A stretch of 64,000 nucleotides of DNA, taken from Leptogorgia sarmentosa (taxonomy: Eukaryota). Where the stretch lies: positions 4,836,001-4,900,000 of the forward strand of contig OZ210885.1 in assembly GCA_964658305.1 (NCBI GenBank). Reading direction: 5' to 3'. The position numbers were made by a program, and so were the translations under genes. Positions 1 to 13,300 of the stretch are shown here, piece after piece. The notes beneath the pieces were generated by a model, which was not told the DNA's origin, made no database searches, and was given only the letters and a program-made list of their open reading frames with translations. How positions within the stretch are numbered: the first letter of the stretch is position 1; the number at the start of each line of letters is the position of its first letter.

Positions 1-441
1 GTCACAGAAGTAGAGCATTCCACTGCGAAAAAAAAGAACATTTGTGACGAGGTTGAAGAACCGGAATTTGGCTTTTACAAGCAAAAGCAACAAGTCTCCT
101 CGATTGTCGATGAAATTCGAAGGTTTGCTAGAAACGACTTCGACCTCAAAATGTACGAGAATGGCCAGAAGCAGCTTGATATTCTGAAATTCTGGAGGGA
201 TCATGCTAGAATTTACCCCAAATTAGCAGTGGTGGCCAGGTTTATTTTGGCTTGTCCAGCTAGCAGCGCGCCATCAGAGAGAAGCTTCTCGCAAGCGGGA
301 TGGACAATTAATCTTAGACGTACGCGTCTAGCTCCGCGAAATCTAAACGCATTGCTGTGCATCAGAAGTTATATGGCAGGGAGCGCATGGAAGGCTTTGG
401 AGTCTGCTGAGCCTGCTTTCTTGAATGAGAACGACGAGTGA
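1..441 (+). CDS. hAT transposase, C-terminal dimerization domain (5'-partial, runs off window)
   Basis: Frame is open from base 1; ILKFWRDHARIYPKLAVVARFILACPASSAPSERSFSQAG...RRTRL is the typical hATC motif. Confidence 0.9.
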   Translation, partial: VTEVEHSTAKKKNICDEVEEPEFGFYKQKQQVSSIVDEIRRFARNDFDLKMYENGQKQLDILKFWRDHARIYPKLAVVARFILACPASSAPSERSFSQAGWTINLRRTRLAPRNLNALLCIRSYMAGSAWKALESAEPAFLNENDE

Positions 442-884
442 ACTGGCCAAAACTTTCCAGACCTGAACAATTTGAACTTTCTACTACTTGATACTTTAAT
501 ATGAATTATTTTAATACTTAGATTTAAGGATTTGGTTTTGTATTATTCGGAATATTGTTGTGTTTCATTGCTAGATTAGTTTAGGTTTACGTTTCAATTT
601 TCAAAGAACATTGTGAAGAAAGGTTTTCAGTGCATGATACTGTTCTCTTAGCAGAGTACGTTTTCTCTCTTACGTCAAATTTTAACTGAATTACATTATT
701 TTGATTTTGGCGACACGCATTCATACGTTAGCAGTAATTACCACTTGCATAAGGACATAGAGGTTTGCAACTTTGCAATTCAAATGTAAGGTAATAGACG
801 GGTAATAGACGGTTAATAGATGGATAATACACGAGCATTTCTTTCAGTTTCAACTCAAACTTCAAAGTATCAAGCCTACAATAT

Positions 885-1070
885 ATACGTTCGGAACTTC
901 GGATCGGATTATGAATTTTCAGCACAAGTCGGATCGGATCCACTAACATACTTTTAGGATCGGATCGGATAGGATTACATTTTTCAACTTCGTATCGGAT
1001 CGGTTCGGAGTAAGTATTAAGACAAATCTTCGGATTCAAAAGGGTCAATCCGATCCGATGCACACCTTTA
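885..1070 (+). repeat. hAT right end: subterminal (T)CGGAT(C) repeats and terminal inverted repeat
   Basis: Many CGGATCGGA/CCGATCCGA motifs end in ...GATGCACACCTTTA at 1070 (reverse complement TAAAGGTGTGCATCGG, a hAT-like end). LINE coding sequence starts immediately after. Confidence 0.75.
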
Positions 1071-2520
1071 GTAGGGAGCGAGCATTTATTAGGAGGAAGC
1101 TCGGCAAGCTTGGAATAGTTGAGCTTCTAGGTTGATTACATAGATTATTGATTTGGCGACCGAAAAAACGTATGCTGGTTCATTTTTCCCGTTTCACTTC
1201 TTTGTGTCTGGCGTGAGCGGGGCGCACGTTGTATATTATGTTCATTTTTTGGTTTTGATTTCCTGCAACTGGCATTTAATTGTGGGCGGGGAACAGCTTG
1301 GGGATGTTGGCGGAAATTACTTTGTTTATCATGTTTTTCTTTCTTTCGGTTCCCGTGTTGTTTTTTAGTTGACATAGCTTGCTGGTTATGGCCAAATGCT
1401 GATGTTTCCTTGCTGTCTTTTGTTGGTGGGTATTTTTCTATGAGTATCGAGCGTCGACTATTTTGTTTCGTCCTATAGTCTTTCAATTGCTGATGAAACA
1501 AGAGAGTTGTTTTGGAGTCGAGTCGTTTATCATCGCGTTTTGATGGCTCGCAGGTTGTTTGGTTTTTAATATTAGGTATGGAGGTGTGCAATAAGCATTG
1601 TTTTGCGTGTTTCCTCTTATAATCTTTTAGTTGATGGTTGAATGATTTGGTTGAAGATGGTATTTGCATATCCTCAGATGAATGATTTTGTGAGCTGTGG
1701 GCGGTATTGTTTTTTGATTGCTTAGTTAAATTAATTGTTGGAATATTAATATTTGACCTATTTATTTCTTTTGTCTGTGGATCCTTGTTTTTGTTCATTG
1801 TTGAGACTTGAACTTTATTATCGGTCACAAGGGTCGCGATTCTATTCGTGGTAGATGAAGTTTGCCGAGAGTCTGACTTGCTTTTCTTAACTTTGTCGCT
1901 AAGGAACCGTAATTGTTGTTCTAGTCTTAGGTTTTTCGTCTTTTCTTCTTCGAGTTCTATACGCATTCTATACGCATTCGAGTAACTTCATTTACCAAAT
2001 TGCGAGTCCCTGATAACAAGTCATCATGTACACTAAGCAAGGATTGCATAGAGTCTACTCTGCTTTGTAGAATTTCCAAATCTAGGCTGAAATTTTCTAA
2101 AATCGGGTGAAATTTGGTTTCATCATCAACCATTTGCCTAGTCTCGGTGGATATGGACATAGCCACACATAGATTTGATAGAAAGTCTCTGGCCCGCTCA
2201 CCAATCTTACCATTAAACGTTAGACTGTTCAGCTTACCGGGATACCATGTTACGATAAAATCAGAGGTACTGCTATCGAATCTTCTTGCCTTGCCGCCAG
2301 GCAGCCACCATTTGTCACGTTGTTTGAAGGTAGATTCGATGATTTCTTTCAACAATGTATAGCTGTTATGCCAGGATAGTCGTTTCTTGTCATAGGCAAT
2401 GTTACCAAGAGTAATATGGTTGCTGATCAAATCGACATCCCAATCGAACATAAAATCTTCGTCGAATTTGTCGGAGCTGTTTTGCACACAACCTTCCGCC
2501 ATGATGAATTATTCGCAATG
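1071..2520 (-). mobile_element. 5' part of a non-LTR retrotransposon (ORF1-like region plus start of the endonuclease), cut by the hAT
   Basis: ORFs 1957-2502 and 1145-1966 are joined across an 11-bp tandem duplication (TCTATACGCAT x2). The N-terminus resembles ORF 10331-10690. Minus strand 1108-1071 reads LPSFLLINARSL, the start of an APE endonuclease. Confidence 0.7.
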
Positions 2521-3365
2521 ACCCATGGGTTATACATACAGTTCAGGGATACCATATCAATTTTATGAAAAGGCCTTGTTTCAGCATGCCCTCCCTTTAC
2601 TACCTGTTCACAGCAGAGCACACTAATCGACTCAGAGGTCAATCAAATGCTAGAGAAAGCAGCTATCCACATAGTCTACCCACACAAGTAAGTGCTCTTT
2701 TTCTTGTTCCAAAGAAGGGGTGGCCAAGGGGTGGTGCGTACTTTACAATACCATCAGAATTTCCTTCAGAGTATTTGGTAGGAAACAATGTGGGAGTTTG
2801 CATGCCTAACATTCAGTTTGTCAAGTGACCCTCAGGTCTTCACAAAGTTAGTTAATGTAACCTGTGGTTGCCCAGCTAAGCAAACAGGGTATTCATCTGT
2901 GTATTCACCTGGACAACATACAGATGGTCAAGACAGAAACTCTGGCCTATCAACATGCAGAGACAGCTTGCAATCTTTTGGAGGCGGTAGGATTTGTGAT
3001 AAACTATCAGAAATCCAACCTGATCCCACGCAACAAACTTCAAAGAGCAAAGAAAGAGTGTCAGAACCTCCTAGATTTACCAATGGTCACAGTGCGATAG
3101 CTGGCCGTTGGTTAGCATTCGACCCTTGGGATTGGTGCCTGCAGCACCAAATCCTGGGAGGCCAAATATCTCCCAGGATTGCAAAATGTTCGGGCAGACA
3201 AGGAGTCCAGGGTAATGTTGGATCGTCACAATTGGAAGCTAGACCCCCAGTTTTTTTCCACAATAGAGCAGTTGTGGGGCCCATTACAAGTCAACCTCTT
3301 TGCTTCTCGGTTGATGACGCAGCTTCCAATATTTTAAGCTGAAGACCTGACCCACAAGCAGAGGC
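2521..3365 (+). pseudogene. DIRS-type retrotransposon RT/RNase H remnant
   Basis: Fragments across frames: SALFLVPKK, FSLSSDPQVFTKL, IHLDNI, GFVINYQKSNLIP, (H)LPGLQNVRADKESR, WKLDP...LWGPLQVNLFASRL. Confidence 0.75.
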
Positions 3366-3367
3366 CT

Positions 3368-5189
3368 GAGATCTGTATTCTTTAAACTTTTTAAAGCAAT
3401 CAACGTGGTAGAGGACCTGTATTTTTCAAGAAACAACCTATATTAACAATCAAGGAACACAATTGGAACGTTTATTTTCCGTAAACCAGTCAAGAAACAG
3501 AATTATTTAAAAATATGTTGTTCACGGCTGAAGAGGAAACGGCAACGACAACAACAAACACGACGCTCGACGAAAGCCTAGAACGATATCGCGTGGAATT
3601 GTTTAAAACAACTTGCGCAAAATGTGTACCATTTGAAGAACTAAACTACACCATCTACAAACCTAGCTCTAACCAAGTCAGCTTTCAAACCAGTGAATGC
3701 AGACTACCTTTATGGATCAAAGCGCTTCATGCTCGATACATCGAGCCAAACGACAACAACACCAACACCACGTGGCATGAACAAAATGACCAAAACAAGC
3801 CATCCAGATGTATAAAAACCACATTAGAAATCAAATACAAAGATCAAACAGCCCTAACAATCAACATTCACACGTCAACCGGCCGAATCCAGATACAAGG
3901 CGATCTGAACCTGATTAAACAATGGGGAAGCAACGAATTTCCCGAATTATTCAAGGTCGTAAACAATAATGGCAACGTGCCTGAAAATTACAATATAACA
4001 TCAACATTCCTTGAGTCAATTAAGAACAAAGACTCAAAGAAATCAACCCCAATCCCTGATGTAAGGGAAACGTCAATCAAAAACGAAAGCTACAAAGAAT
4101 CCCCAAGAGAAAAATCATTTTCAATGATCAAAGAACACTTGGCAGCACTAGAAGCTGACTTTGTCAACCTCAAAGAGGAAGACAACAAAAACATCACTCT
4201 ACTTGTAGAACGAATGAACAAGAAAGACGATGAAATATGCCTACTGAAAGAAGAAATTGAACTACTCAAGAAACTGAATAAAGAAAAACAACAAGCCATC
4301 AGTGACCTCACTTAAACATTTAGAAATTGAAGGTAAACTAAAGAAACTAAGCAAAACCCAAACTAAGCACCAAAAAGACACCAAAAACCTAATAAGCTCA
4401 CTGAGTAAAACCAAAAATGATCCTACACCAACCTTCAACAACGACAATGAAACCACCTCATCGCTTCCTGAATTGGCACCTACCTATTCTGTCCCAACAC
4501 TTGTTAAAAATGTTCTACCCTGATCAAACAAACATTGAAGCAGACATAATCAACCACCCAACAAAAACAATTGTTGGCAAAATGAAAGAAAAATATATTG
4601 AATTTTGGAAACACAAATTGATGAATTCCTCGAAACTATCCTTTCTAAACAGATTCAAAAAAGACTACCGAATGGAACCGTATTTATCCATTATCAAAAA
4701 CCCAACAGTTAGACGAACATTTTCCAAATTTAGAATCAGTAACCATAAACTTGAAATTGAATATGGCAGATATAGAAACATCTCCAGGGAAGATTGTATT
4801 TGCCAATTATGTAATTCTGGCGAAGTTGAAAATGAACTTCACTTCTCGCTTTGCTGCCAGAAATATGATAACATTCGAGTAAACTCCAATGTCATATTGA
4901 AAAGTTTGTTTGACCTGGGTTCAACAAAAGAAAGTAAAACTAAAATACCTTATCACATTATGATATCTGATGATCCAGTATTAATTCACCTTTTCTCCAA
5001 ATATATCTACGCATGCGATAAAACTAGAGAAAATAGTCTCAAATCCATATAAGCCAAACTACATATAATACCATAGACTTATCTTTATCTAACTTCATTG
5101 TAAATAGTATATAGTTCATGTTCTTTGTAATGCTTGCAATACCTGTTAAGGTCATGCCAATAAAGCTTCCTAAATTGAATTGAAATTGA
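3368..5189 (+). mobile_element. RTEX-like LINE copy A, internally deleted (ORF1 5' part joined to ORF2 C-terminus)
   Basis: ORF 3515-4315 is homologous to ORF1 at 33162 and 56355. 4500-5052 matches the ORF2 C-terminus at 60076-61242 (FRISNHKLEIEYGRY..CQLC..ENELHF). It ends with AATAAA and an (AATTG)n tail. Confidence 0.85.
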
Positions 5190-5890
5190 CACTTGTACAG
5201 AATTATATGGCAGCACAAGTTATACTGCCTCACTATCAAGACCTCTTAACACACCAGATGGAGATGCATCCATTAGAATATCTCCAACTATCATGCAATC
5301 TTACACAAATAATGAGTTGACACTTAGGATTTATCACAAAAGCTAGGAGCTAAGCTCTGTGTTGTCGAATGTTAGAGAATATGAAAAGCGAACATCAGCC
5401 TTTTGCCCTAAAGATCCTTCTATGCCTAACAAATTTTGACTGTCGCATATAAAGCCCCGCAAAGTGATCTGTTCTGTGACGTTGGGTAGGTGGTTGAAGG
5501 ATATAATTTCCAGGGCAGGTATTAATTCCATAGTTTCGAGGGCTGGTATTAACAGGGCGAGGGTAATAATTCCGCATGGCTATTTACACCCGAGTAATGG
5601 GCAGCATAGCGGAGTCCAAAGTTGCTCGATTTGGCAGCCATTTTGGGTCATGGTGCATTGTAGGTCATCACTGATCTCAAAAATATGGCCGATTATCATG
5701 AAGAGCCGAAGCCAAAGCTTCTTAAAGCTTTTGGAAAGGAGAAAACAAGGACAAGATCTGCGCTGTAAGACTTTAAAAGCCTTCTCAGAAGATATAAAAT
5801 GCTGAGAAAGGGGAAGAGATCACCATGGATTGACACACAGGATAAGTTCGTCAATATATTGTTGGCAGTGAACTTTTGTTTTGCCAACTA
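5190..5890 (+). pseudogene. DIRS tyrosine-recombinase remnant (continuation of 2521-3365)
   Basis: LCVVEC.REYEKRT and ICSVTLGRWLKDIISRAGIN are typical of DIRS YR; the segment lies just beyond the RTEX insertion. Confidence 0.65.
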
Positions 5891-5939
5891 ATCAATGACT
5901 TGTGGCTCGATTTCTTTTAGCTGGTAATCACAATTCTCC

Positions 5940-8900
5940 GATGAATTTATTTTCCGTTTCGACGAATTGATTTCAAAATGTGCCACCATAAAACACAGAA
6001 AAAGAAATATGTTGAGATTTCGGTTTCCATTTTCAACCCATTAGGTTTCATTGCTCCAGTAACTGCCAAAATAAAAACAATTTTCCAGTTGCTTTGTAAA
6101 GGTAAATTGGACTGGGATGAAATTATACCTGAAAAAATTGCGGATGTTTGGACCAAATTTGTAGAGGAATTAAAACGGCTCGTGGAAGTACACCATAGTC
6201 GGCTTGTGTTAACTTCCAGTTTTTGTCCGGTAGCCGTTTTGAGCTTCACGGTTTTTGTGACAGCTCCAAAGAGCGGTTGTCAAGCTGCGCATTGTTTATC
6301 AGGGCGTGGTACATGTATGTTTTCTGGCTTCCAAAACTAAAGTAAACTAAAAACACTCACAATTCCTCGGTTGGAACTCTTGGGGTGCTTACTGCTTAGC
6401 AAATTAATTCGTGAAGTGCTCCTAGGAGTTGAAAAGCTTGACTTGCATGATATCTTCTGTTGGACTGATTCCGAGGTTGCTCTTTGCTGGGTTAATGGGA
6501 AGGAGAAAAGTTGGGAGCCTTAGATTGAGAATAGGGTTGTGGCTATAAGAAGAGTGGTTGATCGTGAGAAGTGGCATTTCGTTAAGGGTGTGGTAAATCC
6601 TGCCGATATTCCTACTCTGCTGTCTTCAAATTTAAATGATTCTTTTACAGGCTGTTGGTTTAAAGGAGCCTTGATGTTGCGGTCACAGGATTTGGAAGTT
6701 GACAGGGTAAAAGGTAGTTGTGGTAGCAACCATTCTTTGGTTGGGAGGGTTGATGTAGAAATTCCTGTTGATTTAGAAATTCCTGCTGAAGTTGTCAACT
6801 TCAGTAACACGACAGACAAGGGCATGCCTAACAACAGTAGATGTTCAATTAGTGTTGTCATTGATTGCACGTGTTACAGCTCATTGAAGAAAATGATATT
6901 AACAACTGGCTACGTCATGCGATTTGTGAATAATAGCAACACTAGACGATGATATTGTTAATGATAGCGTGCTGACAGTCGATGAATACAACAGAGCTTT
7001 AGAGATGTGGATAAAAGAAGAGTAGACACTGATGAAAGAACAAGCAAACTACACGGTAACAAAGGGTCGGCAAAGCAAATGTTGAGGAAGTGCATAATAA
7101 TAATAATTTATTATTTATATTGCGCAAATACCATTTGTATATGATCAAATGCGCCTAAGAACCTAAATAAATTAAATTACAGTGTTAAAAATATGTGATT
7201 AAAATGCTGAATATATAGTTTTAAAATACTAATAAAAAGCTAATCTGAAATAATGCATCTTCAGCAAACTTTTAAATTTTGAATAACTTCTTTCATTTCG
7301 CACATCATACGGCAGTTTTTTTCAGATTTTAGGTGCTGCTGTCAAAAAGGCACGATCACCTAATGTCTTTTTTGATCTAGCTCTTGGCGGTTGTGAGCAC
7401 AATCCATTGTTATTTGATCTAAGATTATATCCTCTGAATTCCTTAAGACTAACAAGCTCTCTTAGATAAGAAGGAGCAAATCCATGAATTGTTTTAAATG
7501 TAATAACTGCGATCTTAAATTGTATTCTAAATTTTACTGGTAACCAATGAAGTGTGCATAAAGCAGGAGAAATATGATTATACTTAGGGATATTAAGAAC
7601 TAATCTAGCAGCAACTTTATTATTTGTGTAGCCGGTAGACCATATAAAATACCATTGCAATAATCAATACGCCCTATTATTAACACATGAATCAACTTTC
7701 GTGCCCCATTCTCATCAAGATACTTCCTGATACGCCTTATATTCGTCAAATGGTAGTACGCAGCTTTACATGTATTGTTAATATTGACGTGAAGATTTAG
7801 ATTGCTATCCATCCAAGTGCCAAGGTTCTTACTGACGTAACAGAGGACACTCGCACATCACCAACGGCAAGGGAGTTCACATGTACTTTCAAAAGCTGTT
7901 GCCTGGTACCAATCAGGATGAGATCCGTTTTTCCATAATTAATCTTGAGTTTGTCACATAACATCCAGGCTCGTATATCCCGCACACAAAGTTCCACAGC
8001 AGCAAAAGCACTCTCAGTATTTGCAGCAGTGTCCGGCTTGAATGCGATCGTACACAATACGGCTCTGTCAAGTATAAGGATTCCACTTACGACCGCCGTG
8101 ATTATAGAGTAGCTCGGCCTAATATCGCTCCATTCACAACTCACAGAGTCGATCTTCATGGAGTTCTTTCGACTCGAAAATAAAGTGTTGTGTCCCATCG
8201 TTTTATTCGCTACATCCTCCGCACAAATTGACCACGATAGGCTTAGGTAAACGGCCAAAAACAGAACGAATTTCGATGCCACCAAATTTTGCGTGCCCAT
8301 CATGACTTTAGCACTTGTATTAACCTAATCCTTTTGTGAGCACCGTTCCGATACCAGTCGTTCTGACTTGTAATTTGATACAACATATAAGCGACTATGC
8401 TGTATTCAAAGCAGTCGAACGCACATCAAATATGATCAAATATACCTGAGGTTTCTTTTCATATGGCTATCCAATTTACGTAAGTATATTGTCCGAATGG
8501 AAAAGCTCACCACAAATGTGGTTAGAGATAAAACAATGTGCACATTTTAATTTGACATCTAGAAACTATACGCTGACAAACATGAGTAGCGTAGTGAGTA
8601 CTCCTGTGCAAGGATTACCAATGAGGTCCTCCAGGTCCAGACCTGCCTGACTTTGGAGTCTATCACTCTGGACATGCATTTCAAGCTACGGGACTCGACT
8701 TTGCTGGTCCACAATTTGTGAAGGAAAATTCTAAGCATGAGAAAGCGTATATTCTTCTATTAACTTGCGCAACAAGTCAAGCCATGCACTTGGATCTCGT
8801 ACCAGGATATGTCGATCGGTGGATTTTTATGCGGATTTAAGAGATTTATGGCGTGAAGAGGTAGTCTGGATGTCATCATTCATGATAACTTTAAAACATT

Positions 8901-9774
8901 CAAAGCTGCTGCAGTCTGAAAAGTTTATGTTATTGCAAGGGATCAAGCCGAACTTTATTTTCCCCTTATCACACTGGTGGGGTGGGTTCTACGAACGTCT
9001 GTTCAGGACAGTGAAAACGTGTCTTGTGTCACGTGAAAACGTGTAGGAAAAGCATTTTTAATTTTCGAGGAGTTACAGACTGTGCTCTGCCAGATTGAGA
9101 TGCTGATCAACAGCCGGCCTCTACTTATGTTAGCGATGATTACTTGGATGACATTAACACCACATCATCTAATACACGGTCATAAAGCATTTAAACAAGC
9201 GAAAGCAACTAACTTCGTTGCGACAATGGACCTGGAGAAATGTAAACGTCGAGTGCTTCATGTGCGAAAGGTGTTGAGAGACTGCTGGGCAAGATTCCGT
9301 AGTAGCTATCTGAATGAGCTGAGACAAATGAACATATCGGAAGACCAAAGGTTTAAATACACAGCGTATCAGCGTGGGGGATGTCATTTTAATAAAAGAT
9401 AACGAACTTTCGGTGTGAGTGGAGTGGAGAATGGGAAAGGTTGGAGTTGGTGAAAGGTCAAGATGGTCAGATAAGGGGAGCCAAGCTCAAGGTACTCTCG
9501 AAGACAGGGAAACAGACGGCAATGTTTCGTCCGCTTCAAAGACCGATTCCTTTTGAAATCAACAAGAATCACAACTGCACAAGTGAACAGCAACCAAGGG
9601 AATCTAAGGATGGTGTCGACAAAGACAAAAGTGCGTGTGAACCAGCTGTGACAGTGGAGGGAAAAGGCCAACGCGAAGGCGGCAATAGAAGAACAGAACT
9701 TGCAAGGTCTTCCAGAACAATTTGATTAAGAAATTCCAAACACTCAACGGATTTATTGTTTTTGGTGGGGAGAG
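5940..9774 (+). mobile_element. BEL/Pao LTR retrotransposon A, decayed pol (RNase H region 5940-7080, integrase ~8600-9560), split by the L2 insertion
   Basis: SIFNPLGFIAPV..KLDWDE, ELHGFCDSS, TIPRLELLG, WTDSEVALCW, NPADIP; then GLDFAGP, WWGGFYERL, INSRPL, LTPHHL, GQDGQIRGAKL..RPLQR. Purine tract GGTGGGGAGAG is followed by TGT at 9775. Confidence 0.85.
7095..8050 (-). mobile_element. L2-type LINE, 5'-truncated, with (TTA)n/(ATT)n tail
   Basis: WMLCDKLKINYGKT, RIDYCNGILYGLP, AARLV..HISPAL..LHWLPV..RIQFKI, GDRAF. The 3' end reads GCGCATTTGATCAT...GCGCAATATAAATAATAAATTATTATTA on the minus strand. Confidence 0.9.
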
Positions 9775-10000
9775 TGTGGAAACTTAATGTAGGTTAGTTG
9801 TTAATTAAGTTTTTGCCATTGGTCAGTTTGATCATGTGGTCGCATCACGTGTCGGACCACATGGACGAATATTTTACTATTGATTGGATTTTATTTGGTA
9901 CGGTTTATATGTTGATTAGGGCTTGATCGGAACGGTTTATATGTAAATTGTTTCAATAAAAAACTATCTAAAAAGTTGGATTAGTCTTGCTTTTTAAATC
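9775..10000 (+). repeat. Probable 3' LTR of BEL element A (right boundary uncertain)
   Basis: Starts TGT directly after the polypurine tract and contains AATAAA near 9955. Confidence 0.45.
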
Positions 10001-10327
10001 CTTCCTTTTTAAATCCTTCCTTTGCATTGGCATCCTGATTGCTGAAGCCATTTGTTTCGCAGTTCAAATAATCAAGTCGCTCAATAAATTGGCAAAGAAG
10101 AGTTGGATGCACAGAGATAATTGGGTTAAATCGCTCTATCGCTCTAGTGGTTTGGAGGAAAATACAGTTGCTCTCACATTGTTATATTTGTCTCCTTTAT
10201 TCACGTATATACCCACATTATACTTCAGGCTGCAATAATCTGTTACTCTTTGTGACAGCAGTAAATGCAGTCATCATCCAGCAGTCGTTCGATACACACG
10301 TCTGCTCTAGCGACTCAGCTAAAAACA

Positions 10328-13300
10328 TGAGTGGTAATAAAGATAAGGATCAGCCTTCTAAACTATATATCGGTTAACGAGAAAGATAAGTTAATATGGA
10401 CAGAAACATTTGAAGCGCTACAAATGTTTGTCGAAGGATTAAATATACCTAATGGTACGTGGTCTTGCCGTGGTGGAGATTCGAAGCAATGTAAAGCTAA
10501 AGATCTATGTTGGTATCCTGATACTCAATCTATCACACTTAATGGGAAGCTCAAAGAGACTATCAAAGAGCAGTTAGTTTTGCTGGTTTCTGTGACAAAA
10601 CAGCTAAATGAAAGTGAGGACAACCAGCAAAGCAGCCATAACAGCGAGAATATAAACTTCGAAGTCCTGAACGAGTTGAAGCAGTTTTAAACTATACGTT
10701 TCGCTTGACTGCTTCGACTCGTTCAGGATTTCGAAGTTGAATTACAAGCACTAACTAAAGAGGTATTGTGGCCAATGCAGCTGCTATAAAGTCGATCAAT
10801 GCAAGCGAGCAAAAGCAATCACATTATGAAGAATTAATAAAAGAAATAGACATATAAAAAGGAGAAAATCGTAAACTTACGGACAAGAACACTAAGCTTA
10901 AAAATGGAGAATAATGACATGCGACGCAACCTACATATTGGCCGATTTGCAGGGTAAAGCTAAGAGTGCCGAGCAAGAGAAAGAGAGCTTAATAACTGCT
11001 ATGCGATTAATAACTGAAGATTCCAATCATAAACTCAACACCACAACTAACGATAACGCTGAAGAAACGGGTAATCAAAGTAAGATGTTAGGAATGACAA
11101 TTCAGGTAAAGCATGCCTTGGTCCAACAATGGGCGAGTTTGATTCTGCATTGCATTGCGTCACTAGATTAAAAGGCCTAAAAATTGCTAGTATAAATGTC
11201 AATAGCTTATTGAAACACATTGAGGAAATTAGGCATTTGTTAATTAAATTTCCATTCGATATTTTTGCTATTAATGAATCCAAAATGATTCAGTAATGGA
11301 TGGGGAAATAAGTATCCCTGGTTTTAACCTGATAAGAAAGGACCATAACAGAGCAGGAGGCGGTGTGGTGTTGTATATCAGAGACAACCTATCCTCTATT
11401 TGGATAGGAATGACTTGGTGCCTGATTATTTTGAGATGCTGTGTGCTGAAATTACTCGCCCCTTTAGCAAGTCGCTTCTTGTCTGCACATGGTATAGGCC
11501 TTCGAATTCAAACTTGAGCTTATTTAATGATTGTGATGCATTTTTTCAAAAATGCCAGTCTGAAAATAAGGAATTGATTATAATTGGTGATATTAACTGC
11601 GATGGTATGAAAATCTCACCAGATGCCAATACACGACAATTAAATTTTTTGTGTTCTCTTTATCAACTGACCAATTAATTAACAAACCTACAAGGGAGAC
11701 CAACACCTCTGCAACCTTGAATGATTTAGTCTTAACTAATGCTAAAGAAAACATTTCGACGTCTGGTGTGATAGATCTGGAGATGTCTGACCATAGTCTG
11801 ATTTATGTGGTCAGGAAGTTCACCCTTCCAAAACGTAAACCTAATGTGAGAGAAGTTAGGGACTATATACATTTTAATGCTGAATATTTTATTGGGGATT
11901 TGGCTAGAATGCCTTGGCATGTAATTAATCAACATAATAATCCCAAAGAATGCTGGAGGGCATGGAAATCTTTCTTTAATGAGATATTACATATACATGC
12001 GCCGATTCGACATAAGCGAGTAAAGGGGAACTCGGTTCCATGGATTACTCCGGAAATTAAATGTATGATGAGAAACAGAGACTATCATAAAAAACATGCA
12101 ATAAAACATTCCTCACACTCACAGCCACATTGGGAAAGCTTTCAATTTCTGCGGAATAATGGGAATGTTGAAATGCGAAATGCAAAATCAAAATATTTTC
12201 ATGATAAAATTACTGATTGCTCTGTAATGAATGACCCTAAAAAGACTTGGAAATTAATTAATTCATTATTGGGAAAGAATAACAAATCCAACAATGTGAA
12301 TGAGCTGCTGGTTAATGTCACGTCAGTTTCGGATCCTAAATCTATTGCAGATGCATTTAATGATTATTTTATTGGAATTGGGTCGAGGCTAGCAGCAGAA
12401 TATGTAGATGAGTCCTGCAGTAATGTTGACAATCAACCCATAAACTATAATATTAATCAATCCTCAGATGCATTTTTAAAATTATCTCCAATAATTGTTG
12501 ATAGTGTTACCTCGACCCTAAGAGACCTAAAAGCATGTAAAGCAACAGGTCTTGATAAAATTCCTGCTAAAATTCTAAAATTATCTGCAAACATAATTGC
12601 ACCCTTGTTGACAATCTGTCGCTTGTGTGTATATAGATGAATGGAAGCGTGCTTGTGTTATTTAAATCTGGAGATAGAAGACAATGTGAGAACTATTAGC
12701 CTATTTCAATTTAACCGGTGGTGAGTAAAGCCTTTGAGAAGGGAGTTTTCCTTCAGGTATTTAGATACTTGTCTGAAAGCTCTCTTCTGTCAAAGTTTCA
12801 ATCTGGATTTCGTCCAAAGCATTCAACTGTAACTGCCCTCATCCAAATGTGTGATGAGTGGCTAGAAAATGTAATGTTAATGGGGGAATTATCTAGTAAT
12901 AAAATTATCACCTGTGGAGTGCCCCAGGGATCTATACTGGGACCACTCCTATTCCTATTATACAGGGTGTCTCAAAAAAAAAGGTAATCGAACTTTGGCA
13001 TGCCATTGTGCGTTAATTACTGGGTGTACAAACGTGATTTTTGCATGGTCATAAAGATCAAGGTCTTAGCAGTTGAATGACATATTTGTTGTACGATATG
13101 GAAGAAAATCAGGCAAATGCGAGCGTGTTGAAAAATCTCGGTGAAAAACGCATTCTTTCACCTCTGAGAATTGCAGCTAAACTTATTCAAAATTAACTCC
13201 CTCTGAGACTCGAAGATGACGACCTTCCCTTCAACAATCGACCTGATTATGCATAATTATTAATAATCCTGATAAAATCTTTGTTACCATGACACATTCG

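Noticed and set aside
728..1063. 111-aa minus ORF with PIR repeats
   Set aside because: Translation of hAT subterminal CGGAT repeats.
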